From a virus (taxonomy: Duplodnaviria; Caudoviricetes): DNA of 43,290 nt. Shown in pieces: positions 17,151 through 25,391 of the stretch (position 1 is its first letter; every line of letters starts with the position of its first letter). The stretch lies in the IMG/VR virus record IMGVR_UViG_3300030397_000037, positions 1 to 43,290 of that record; one strand, written 5' to 3'. The notes beneath the pieces are model-generated. The model was not told where the DNA came from. It ran no database searches and saw only the letters and a program-made list of their open reading frames with translations. The translations under genes and the position numbers were made by a program.

Positions 17151-17822
17151 TTACTTGGATGCGAAGTATGTTTCACCAACTTCATTGTAGGCCATTTTCA
17201 TTCCTGCCATCTCTTCAGGGGAAAATTCCTTTTCCATCATGCAATACTCGATCACGCCTGCGCCGTATAGTTCGCCCTTCGGAGTATAAAGGCCAACGAC
17301 ATAAACTGATCGAACATTGTGCAGAGCCAAAAATTGATAACGGCCACCATTTCTTTCCTTTAGGCTCCCTGCCCCTTCCGCATGAATATCCACCACTCCA
17401 ACCATTTGGCCTTGCATTAAGACCTCGACCCAATCATGGTAGAACATTAGGGGAATGCTTTGGATTGAGTTGGCAATCGGGTGCACGTTCATTGCGGTCG
17501 CTTCCGAGCGAACCGACATTTTCATCCGTGGGATATGGGCGATGTTATAATCTCCATTGTGGAACTCACAAAGGAAAGCTCTATCAGCACCAAAGTCGTT
17601 TAGGATCTCCGTCAACTTGTGCTGCACCTGAATATCGTCTTGAATCGTCTTTTGATGATCGACTGGTTCCTTATCTAAGATACCAGCAATCTTCTCGATT
17701 AATGATTCTCGCTTCTTTAATAAAACGGTGGCCACTAATACGATTAAAATAGTCAGGGCGCCCATATAGTCGCCGGCTTCCAAAGACTGGATTAGTTTTT
17801 CTAATAGAGCTGTCTCACCCAT
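17151..17822 (-). CDS. Putative holin: one TM helix plus GAF-like domain
   Basis: TM segment GALTILIVLVATVLL, then ADRAFLCEFHNG ... VRSVYVVGLYTPKGELYGAGVIEY; in the lysis cassette. Confidence 0.65.
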   Translation of the reverse strand: MGETALLEKLIQSLEAGDYMGALTILIVLVATVLLKKRESLIEKIAGILDKEPVDHQKTIQDDIQVQHKLTEILNDFGADRAFLCEFHNGDYNIAHIPRMKMSVRSEATAMNVHPIANSIQSIPLMFYHDWVEVLMQGQMVGVVDIHAEGAGSLKERNGGRYQFLALHNVRSVYVVGLYTPKGELYGAGVIEYCMMEKEFSPEEMAGMKMAYNEVGETYFASK

Positions 17823-17825
17823 CGG

Positions 17826-18053
17826 TTACTTCCAGATTTGCTTAATTAAAGCTTGCGCTTCTTTTTTAAGATCAGGAATTTCCTTATCAACAGAACGTAA
17901 TTGAGCAACGCCTTTGTCGTCCAACTTAGTTGGGGTCAACTCGGCTAGGTCTGCCATTACGTCTAGAACTTGGTCAGCCACTTCTTTTCCTTGCTGGGCT
18001 GCTTTATAGATTTGGTACGCTTTAAAAGCGAACTTTAAAAACTTCATCCACAT
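17826..18053 (-). CDS. Small amphipathic lysis-cassette protein
   Basis: Start probably ATG 18053 after GGAG; MWMKFLKFAFKAYQIYK amphipathic helix; TPTKLDD. Confidence 0.6.
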   Translation of the reverse strand: MWMKFLKFAFKAYQIYKAAQQGKEVADQVLDVMADLAELTPTKLDDKGVAQLRSVDKEIPDLKKEAQALIKQIWK

Positions 18054-18058
18054 GGGTA

Positions 18059-18517
18059 CTACTCCGGCCATTTAGCCAAGGCGTCTTCCAGCCCTGTATA
18101 TACATGGTCACCACCTTTACCAACGTCACCCCAAGTCGCCTGACCTTCCTTATTAAGACGGCGGCAACCTAAGTGGAAGCCAGGAATTGGATTCCAATAA
18201 GGGTAAACACCGATACCGGTGAACCCAATAGCTTTGGCTAAAGCGATAAATTTTGTAGCTTGGCTTTTAGTTAAAGCCTCGCCCTTGTTACGAACCAATA
18301 CGTCAATGCCGCGCACCTCATGGTTTGGCTGAACATCGACATTATGTTCGCTGTGGCTAGTTATCCCTGCATGGCGACCAATCGCGCCATTGACAGGACT
18401 AATCTGAATCGAGTAACCGGAACGATCACGCAACTCGTCTAGCATGGCTACCAGTAAAGCGCACATGCTCCAACCTCGGAACTCACTTGGAGAGAAGTGG
18501 TGTATGTTTAGCTCCAT
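18059..18517 (-). CDS. Endolysin, peptidase M15 family
   Basis: HFSPSEF, LDELR, SEH...GIDV, GFTGIGVY...FHLG Zn-ligand pattern. Confidence 0.85.
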   Translation of the reverse strand: MELNIHHFSPSEFRGWSMCALLVAMLDELRDRSGYSIQISPVNGAIGRHAGITSHSEHNVDVQPNHEVRGIDVLVRNKGEALTKSQATKFIALAKAIGFTGIGVYPYWNPIPGFHLGCRRLNKEGQATWGDVGKGGDHVYTGLEDALAKWPE

Positions 18518-18935
18518 ATCGGAACCTCCTATAGATACCGTATAAATTTACTGCTACCCAAATAAATGGTAACTTCCATTTTGGGATCTCGCAAATAGAT
18601 TTTAAAACCAAAAGGAACCTACCAGTGGATTCAAACCAACCAACCCTTCGACCTGAGGTTAGGTCTTCGTGTCCGTGCGATCCAGTAAGGTAGATTCTTC
18701 TCGTAATTACTAAGCAGTCGTGTAATATAGCTCCCTCAAATGCTTGGCCAAATGGTGATAGGAACCACCACATGAACCAAGGCAAGGAGACTCCATCAGT
18801 AATGAAGCCTGCCTTGACAGTAACACGCCAGCCATCAACGAATATAAAATGCAAGTCTGCTAGAAGCTGTCTTTGGCTCTTACTAATCTTCAGGACTTTT
18901 ACATCGCCTACCATAATGACTTGATGTTTACTCAT
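18483..18935 (-). CDS. DUF1353-family protein
   Basis: VKAGFITDGVSLP...AILHDCL signature. Confidence 0.8.
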   Translation of the reverse strand: MSKHQVIMVGDVKVLKISKSQRQLLADLHFIFVDGWRVTVKAGFITDGVSLPWFMWWFLSPFGQAFEGAILHDCLVITRRIYLTGSHGHEDLTSGRRVGWFESTGRFLLVLKSICEIPKWKLPFIWVAVNLYGIYRRFRYGAKHTPLLSK

Positions 18936-18937
18936 TT

Positions 18938-19300
18938 TTAAGGTTCCCAGCTTACCGCATCAACACCAGTTTTATCGGTAGCCGCATAGACGTCATTGAT
19001 TGCTACTTTAACCGAGTGGCGTAGGTCGTAGACGTGAACTGCAGCGGCCATAGCTAGAGCATCTAGCATTGACCAATCGTGCTGAACCTCTTGCCATTTA
19101 CCATCTTTCTTACAGGTGATCCCTATAGTGCCGCCAGTCGAGGACTGGACTGCTTTGGCGCTGGTATAGTTCAGCTGATCGGTTACTGCGCAACCATAAT
19201 GGTTACCATTGGCTGCGAAACCTTTGCCGATTTCTCGTGCGAGTTCTCCTGTAAGACCTCGGACACGGTTAGCTTTGTATGCTTCTAAATCGAATGACAT
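18938..19300 (-). CDS. Tail-fibre-associated protein (DUF4376-like)
   Basis: Start ATG 19300 after AGGAG; follows the fibre gene; C-terminal AATDKTGVDAVSW. Confidence 0.6.
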   Translation of the reverse strand: MSFDLEAYKANRVRGLTGELAREIGKGFAANGNHYGCAVTDQLNYTSAKAVQSSTGGTIGITCKKDGKWQEVQHDWSMLDALAMAAAVHVYDLRHSVKVAINDVYAATDKTGVDAVSWEP

Positions 19301-19310
19301 TTTAATACTC

Positions 19311-20948
19311 CTAAGCAATACGGATTAGTTCCCAGAAAAATCCGCGAACTGTTGGGTTAGTAGTTGCGTTGCTAGTGATGATAGGGATCAGCTTCTCACC
19401 AGCGACTAAATCAATCTTGCCTTGCACGTTTAATTGGTAATACTGGCTTGCATTATCTGCTACCCCAAAACCAATAAGATCAGAACGCTCGGGCGCTGGG
19501 GTCGTTGGTTCGGTTCCGGTAAAAGCGTCAACTGATAGGACAATATCACTAAGAGGCGCATCCAAAGCAATCTCGGCTTTCATATTTAACTTATACGTAC
19601 CTGCATTATTGACCTGAAAGGTCGAGTTCGCTAAGTCCGAGATACAGTTAACTACGTTGACTGTATTATCGAAGATCGTACCACCGCCAGATGCTTTCTC
19701 AACTTTTTGCCATTGGTTAGCCGAGATTAAGTCTAGAGCTTCAGCGTTTAGATTATTCTTGGACATATCCACTTGGTCTTGAGTCGCGCTGCCGCCGCCG
19801 CCACCAACCTCACGCCATGTAGACCATTGATCTGTAGCCTTTATCCAGTAACGGAACCAAAGCTTATCTTCTGAACCATCCGCTTTAACGGCTAACTGCC
19901 ATGAACCGGAATCGACCGACTCGTCCGCTAATTCGTTAACCGTGTGGACTAGGAAGTCTTCACCGAAGTTAGGAACATTGGAAGAACAGATATAATAACC
20001 TGAATAATCACCAGCAAGGTTTGCGTTGGTATCGATAGCAGCGCCACCTAGACCCCAGTCACCGTTCTCGGTTAATAGACGCCATTGACCATAAGCAGGA
20101 GCAGCATCATACTCAGAACGACCGCGCACCCAGATGCGGCGAACCGTACCAGACGAACCGGCCGGAGCATTAGCAAAAGCGAATAGGATCTGAGTGGTCT
20201 GAGCTTCGATATTAGGGTTCACAGTCCCGTCAGTTTCATCGTAGATATTACCACTGATAACTTTTAACGTGACGTAAGGCTGAACCGCTCCAGCATATTC
20301 GTCTGGGAAAGTACCTGCGTTATCGTAGTTCAGAATATAAGATCCAGCTTGGGTAATATTATCCATATTGGTTGGAGTATATTCTGAGTACGTCAGATCA
20401 TTAAATGTGACATTATCGATCAGCCAAACTGACCAGTCGCCAACTCCGCGCCAGCGCATATAACGTAGACCGCTTGCATGCACGTACTGGACTTGGCCGC
20501 TTGCCCCATCGTTCGAGATCTGGTAACCACCACCTGCAATGCCAGGAATTGGAGCATTGTTGGCTGAATCGGAATAGTAAAAGAACCCGTCATTGGTATT
20601 GTCGAGATCCGTTGTGGTCGGGATATCCCCTGAGCCACCACCGCTATTCTCATAGAGCAACCAGTTGTCGACATCATCTTGGAAGTTTGAGCTTGAAGTA
20701 TGAGCAATTTTAAGCTTATACGTCAGACCACCATTTTCCACAAGCTGCTGAAAATCGTTATATTCTGTCGATGGTTGCCAAGCAATAATTTCTGGGTAGA
20801 AGCCAACCGACTGGATGGCCTTTACCAAGGTGGAAATGACCGTCCCTAGACGGGAGGTCACGTTCTTAACTTCATCAGAGTTGATTACCTCGGAGATGGT
20901 ATCCAAATCTAAATCAGCGTTGTCAAAGTCTTGCACGGTTAAGGGCAT
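19311..20948 (-). CDS. Tail fibre / receptor-binding protein
   Basis: N-terminal anchor (VTSRLG), three knob-like repeats ending WSVW/YGQW/WSTW, Gly linkers, beta-rich C-terminal domain. Confidence 0.8.
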   Translation of the reverse strand: MPLTVQDFDNADLDLDTISEVINSDEVKNVTSRLGTVISTLVKAIQSVGFYPEIIAWQPSTEYNDFQQLVENGGLTYKLKIAHTSSSNFQDDVDNWLLYENSGGGSGDIPTTTDLDNTNDGFFYYSDSANNAPIPGIAGGGYQISNDGASGQVQYVHASGLRYMRWRGVGDWSVWLIDNVTFNDLTYSEYTPTNMDNITQAGSYILNYDNAGTFPDEYAGAVQPYVTLKVISGNIYDETDGTVNPNIEAQTTQILFAFANAPAGSSGTVRRIWVRGRSEYDAAPAYGQWRLLTENGDWGLGGAAIDTNANLAGDYSGYYICSSNVPNFGEDFLVHTVNELADESVDSGSWQLAVKADGSEDKLWFRYWIKATDQWSTWREVGGGGGSATQDQVDMSKNNLNAEALDLISANQWQKVEKASGGGTIFDNTVNVVNCISDLANSTFQVNNAGTYKLNMKAEIALDAPLSDIVLSVDAFTGTEPTTPAPERSDLIGFGVADNASQYYQLNVQGKIDLVAGEKLIPIITSNATTNPTVRGFFWELIRIA

Positions 20949-23900
20949 TAGTCTAACTCCGTAGTGATGATTGAATCAAGAGCATCGGTGCGATAAAATA
21001 GGTCGCTGTACTCGATTAATTTTAATTGTACCTCATGGTTTGAGGATGGATCAACTGAGACAATTAAGTAATCGTCTAATTTGGAGGCTTCCGAATCCTG
21101 CGTGCCTTGGAATATAGGGGTCAGGTTAAGTCGCGCACCAATCTGGCTATATCCTTCAGTAGAAGAAATAAGTTGATTACGGTAATGAAGCTGATTAGTA
21201 AAACCAGCGCCCACACGTTCGATTTTGATTTTCTTAGTTTCATAAGGTTCGCCATCAGCTGGATAGACGTAGAAGTCCGAGGTAATAATATCCCCGTACT
21301 CGTCAGTGATGGATGCTTCCATAATACCAGCCGCATAACCTGAACCGCTATCTGGGAAGACTAAGATCTCAGAAGCCGTGTAGGTTGGTGGGTTCGTACC
21401 ATTATCCAAAGCAATTAACTCGCACTCTTGAGAGGCGATGGTCGACCCATTATAGCTACCGACCGTACCATTAATGGTTGTCTGCGTGCTGAAGTTTGCA
21501 GGATCAGTTAACTTAACTCGGTCAAACGGTAAGGCGCTAGCCATGCTTGAATTGGTCTTCACCATTGTGGACTTGCGCTGCAGTACCATTTTATTAAATA
21601 GCACCCGAGCGTAGGCTTCCACATAAGTCGCATCCTTAATACCATCTAGCTTAATATTCTTGAAATTAAGTTCGCTAGTCGGTATATTGTTAGGGTAGAT
21701 CTTGAACGTGCGTAACTTATAAGTATTATCAGCCGAATCGTTAAACTGCACCTTGATCGCGTTATAGTTATCCGCCGCTACGAATCGGTGGGTCTTCTTC
21801 ATAGAATTAAGGAATCCGATACGTCCGGTAATAACGCTGGTAAGTGGTTTACTTGTATCGGAATACTCGTAGCCGAAGGTATACGTCTGGCCAGATTGGA
21901 TGACATGGGTAAAGAATGGCGAAGCCATCGTGTTGAGCTCTTGCGCCAAGTCGTTTGCTTTGTTTGATAAAATCAAATTCAAAGACGTAAAGTCATCTGG
22001 AGTCTCAGCAGCATAAAGCGCCTCGTAGTCGATATACTCCAACGGGATATCATTCTTATATACCAAATGGAACATAATAATATCACGGTAGTCGTCCGTA
22101 AATTGAGTACCCTCGAAAGAGCCCGTATTCGGGTTAAACTTGCGAATCCAAGATTTGAATACCAGATTAAGTTGATCAGTCGGGACTGGGTTAGTATAAA
22201 TAGCTTCAGTAAACGTGCTACGAATCCAAGCAAAGTCGCGGACAAATTTACGCTCGATAACTTGTTGAATACGAATCAAGGTAGCATCGGATACATACTT
22301 GACGTTCGTACCAGTAACTGACCACGGAGTTAAGTCCGCAGGAACAACCGTAATACCATCTAGCCCAGTAACTGGAAAACTGTAAGGGGTCACGTAACCG
22401 ATTGACCCATCCCTATCAGCAATTTTGGTGCGGTGGAATGAGATAGCTATGCGCTCAGCGGTGTCCAAATTATCTGATAGCTCATGCTGGATCATACCGC
22501 TTAGATTACCGTCACCTTCTCTTTGCCAACCGTTATATAAGTATCGTTTCTGGTTATTAGCTCCACCGATATTCAGATCCCATTGCTCAAGGGTAGGGTT
22601 CCAGCGCCACTCATAGACCCTGATAAATACTCCAATATTAGGTTCCGGATCGTTTGGGTCTCCGACACCTTCACTATCCAGACCGCCAGCAAAGTTAAAT
22701 GAGATATTGACGTAGTTCTGAACCGTGAATGTATCGTGAGTCCCATACCTTTGTGGTAGTTCGTAGAATGGGAAGCGGTCTACCAAATCAGAGCCGTCAT
22801 GGAGATCCCCTCGGACAAATTCCGATTCAAGATAAGGACCTTCTAATACGTTACCCGCTTGAATCAGCTCTCCGTTAATAACAGATGGTGGGTTATTGCC
22901 GTCAATCTTTTGGAAGTTGACTCGTAAGTCTTCAAACAGACCACCATTGTCGCCAATAGCAAGGTTCTTAAACTCGTAAGTACCCTCAATATACTGGCCG
23001 CTAGGTTGACCTGCCTCCATGTTAGCGATCTCAAATTCATCCCCTGAGTTTAGTAAGGCCATCTGGTACCCGAAGAACTGGCAGTCATCATCGTTAGCTG
23101 CACCGGTCTGGCCAGGAGTAATTGAAATATAGCCTTCGCCATTGATGCCAATAGTGATCGCCATAACCGCATAGTTGGTGCCTGGAGTATCGCTACCTTG
23201 CGTACTTGAGCGGCGATAAAGAGCGGCGCGCTTATAGATTAAATAATCAAAAGGAATTAACTTACCGCCAGAAATATCCACATTAAAGGCGCACTTACTT
23301 ACTACGTCAGTCCCAGACCCGTTGACCTCGAAATCTACTTCTGAGGTACCGGAGTTGTCGCCAAAGCGGATGGTATCTTCGACCGCTTCGCCCCATGTAT
23401 CTGAGATCATAAATTCCTGCACCACCTCTTTACGGCTATTAGCAAAGACGGTGATACCGGAGATTTCTTGAACACCAATAGTGCCGTCAGTCGCCAAGTA
23501 TTCGATCAAAGGGTTCTGAAGCAAGTCAGGATAGATACGGTTTGTCCCATAGGCCACAGGTAGGCGCTCGCCAAGTCGGGCGACATTACGCTGGCCGGTG
23601 AACGAGTTAGACGAGTTACTAGTTAAGCCTCGCAGTTCAGGGTTCTCGGCCGCAATATCGTAATTGACGGCAATTGGGTCTGAACCGAAAATGAAATCAA
23701 TACCAGCTGAGATCAAACGCGCCGGAGCAGTTACCACCGATAAGAAAGCGTCCCCGACACCACCAGCTGGATAATCAAAGACGAATAGGTCGCCATCCAC
23801 TACCGCTTCTTCGCTAGCAAGGTATTCATAAGTAAGCGGATATCCAGCAGCGTTTTTCACCACCGCTTTACTACCTAGGCCATTGGGAAATATTTTTAAA

Positions 23901-23980
23901 ATGGATTCCGCAATGCTTTCACCCTCGGTAATATCGTAGATAAATGGTTCGTCAGGATTCTTGTAATAATAAAGTTTCAT
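20948..23980 (-). CDS. Central tail tip / host-specificity protein (J-like)
   Basis: 1010 aa; NVARLGERLPVAYGTNRIYPDL; position after NlpC/P60. Confidence 0.8.
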   Translation of the reverse strand: MKLYYYKNPDEPFIYDITEGESIAESILKIFPNGLGSKAVVKNAAGYPLTYEYLASEEAVVDGDLFVFDYPAGGVGDAFLSVVTAPARLISAGIDFIFGSDPIAVNYDIAAENPELRGLTSNSSNSFTGQRNVARLGERLPVAYGTNRIYPDLLQNPLIEYLATDGTIGVQEISGITVFANSRKEVVQEFMISDTWGEAVEDTIRFGDNSGTSEVDFEVNGSGTDVVSKCAFNVDISGGKLIPFDYLIYKRAALYRRSSTQGSDTPGTNYAVMAITIGINGEGYISITPGQTGAANDDDCQFFGYQMALLNSGDEFEIANMEAGQPSGQYIEGTYEFKNLAIGDNGGLFEDLRVNFQKIDGNNPPSVINGELIQAGNVLEGPYLESEFVRGDLHDGSDLVDRFPFYELPQRYGTHDTFTVQNYVNISFNFAGGLDSEGVGDPNDPEPNIGVFIRVYEWRWNPTLEQWDLNIGGANNQKRYLYNGWQREGDGNLSGMIQHELSDNLDTAERIAISFHRTKIADRDGSIGYVTPYSFPVTGLDGITVVPADLTPWSVTGTNVKYVSDATLIRIQQVIERKFVRDFAWIRSTFTEAIYTNPVPTDQLNLVFKSWIRKFNPNTGSFEGTQFTDDYRDIIMFHLVYKNDIPLEYIDYEALYAAETPDDFTSLNLILSNKANDLAQELNTMASPFFTHVIQSGQTYTFGYEYSDTSKPLTSVITGRIGFLNSMKKTHRFVAADNYNAIKVQFNDSADNTYKLRTFKIYPNNIPTSELNFKNIKLDGIKDATYVEAYARVLFNKMVLQRKSTMVKTNSSMASALPFDRVKLTDPANFSTQTTINGTVGSYNGSTIASQECELIALDNGTNPPTYTASEILVFPDSGSGYAAGIMEASITDEYGDIITSDFYVYPADGEPYETKKIKIERVGAGFTNQLHYRNQLISSTEGYSQIGARLNLTPIFQGTQDSEASKLDDYLIVSVDPSSNHEVQLKLIEYSDLFYRTDALDSIITTELD

Positions 23981-24362
23981 GCGTATAAAATTCCGTATGT
24001 TTAAAAGACTTGGTTAAGACTGCGCTACGATCAAAACTAACTCCCCGTTTCTGCGCTGCGTGCAATACGCGACCTTTGTACCATATCCCGCAATGGTTAT
24101 CACCTACATCACTATAATAGATAGCAAGACATAGTGGCTCAGGTTTATCTATCCTTTTCCATTGTGGACGGTCGCAGAATCGTTCTGCTTCATTGCGGTG
24201 GGGTTTTTGATAATCGACTTGGAAGTCTAGGTCAAGGCCTAATAATTGATAAGCCGCTTGGACTAGCGTCCAGCAGTCAAAGGCGTCACCGGACGCCCCT
24301 AGCTGGTAAGGGCGACCGACAACCTGATTAATATAATCCGAGAAAGTCTTCTCTGCCTTCAT
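23952..24362 (-). CDS. NlpC/P60 tail-tip assembly protein
   Basis: GRPYQLGA...FDCWTLV, HCGIW, VLHA; start probably MKAEK at 24362. Confidence 0.85.
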   Translation of the reverse strand: MKAEKTFSDYINQVVGRPYQLGASGDAFDCWTLVQAAYQLLGLDLDFQVDYQKPHRNEAERFCDRPQWKRIDKPEPLCLAIYYSDVGDNHCGIWYKGRVLHAAQKRGVSFDRSAVLTKSFKHTEFYTHETLLLQES

Positions 24363-24873
24363 AATAATTAAACTTATTTCTGATAGATGAATTAAAAGGA
24401 GCAAACCGTAATTGGACACCTTTACTAGCGGAGATAGCAATACTCTTCAAAGCAGTCTCAGCTTCCTCGAAACCTAGAGTGGCTATCCCAGTAAAGTCAA
24501 GGTTGCCGCTATCCTCCGGTGGTTCCCCTTCCACAATATAAGTCTTGACTTTTAAGGTCAGCGGCTTTAAGTAATCGCCGCCGTTGATCTGCGCCATAAT
24601 ATCAGTAATATACTGAACTGTAGAAAAGTTAAAAGTCAAGATAATATCGGACAGGTCTCCAGTCTGGGTTAGCTGCGGCAGATCGATAGTGAACCAAGCG
24701 GGGTCGAATTGCACCCCATCGATGGTTGCTGTCTGATCCCCAACATTACGAAAATACTTGTCATTGAAAGTAAAATCATCGCCTTGGAAATCAAGCTCAA
24801 TTGTCGGCAAGCGCCAAGTCTTATCCGGTTGAGTATTGAATAGTTTCTTGGCTGCATCTTGATACTTAGACAT
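24328..24873 (-). CDS. Minor tail protein (DUF1833/L-like position)
   Basis: Synteny between distal tail and NlpC/P60; FDPAWFTIDLP. Confidence 0.65.
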   Translation of the reverse strand: MSKYQDAAKKLFNTQPDKTWRLPTIELDFQGDDFTFNDKYFRNVGDQTATIDGVQFDPAWFTIDLPQLTQTGDLSDIILTFNFSTVQYITDIMAQINGGDYLKPLTLKVKTYIVEGEPPEDSGNLDFTGIATLGFEEAETALKSIAISASKGVQLRFAPFNSSIRNKFNYYEGREDFLGLY

Positions 24874-25391
24874 TATGGTTTGTCCTCGTCATTTAGCTTG
24901 GCCAAATCTACGTTAGCAAACTTCTCTAAGCGATCAAACAACGGTTCTGGGAATGCACCATTCTCAAGGGTAGGTAGCATATTATCCAACCACTCTTGGT
25001 CATATTCTTCCTCAGGTAGGTTGAAGGCTACGACCGAGAACTCGATCATATTAAACACGCCCATATATCGCTTGAACTGCGGACGCTTACCAGCGAAGTT
25101 GACGTCAAGAACTACGTTCTGACCTCGACCGGTAATATAGTACGGCAGCTCCATTTGGAAGTTAGCTGAAGCATTATTCAATTGCAGGTCGACCCATACT
25201 TGCAGCGCCGTCCATTGGGAATCGGTCATTTTAAATTCCATCTTCCATAGGACGGTATTATCAACCGTGTAGCGTTCAGTAACGACAGGACCCCGATCAG
25301 ATCCTGTCGATAGTGTCCCACTACTTTTCTTGTATGAGATCGAGCTTTTCAGCGGATACCCAAACGAAGCATGTGGAAATTCAATAGCCAT
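24873..25391 (-). CDS. Distal tail protein
   Basis: Directly follows the tape measure gene; WVDLQLNNASANFQMEL. Confidence 0.65.
   Translation of the reverse strand: MAIEFPHASFGYPLKSSISYKKSSGTLSTGSDRGPVVTERYTVDNTVLWKMEFKMTDSQWTALQVWVDLQLNNASANFQMELPYYITGRGQNVVLDVNFAGKRPQFKRYMGVFNMIEFSVVAFNLPEEEYDQEWLDNMLPTLENGAFPEPLFDRLEKFANVDLAKLNDEDKP

Noticed and set aside
17159-17752. 197-aa + strand ORF after the polymerase
   Set aside because: Antisense to the holin candidate; Arg/Pro/Ser-rich composition is not protein-like.
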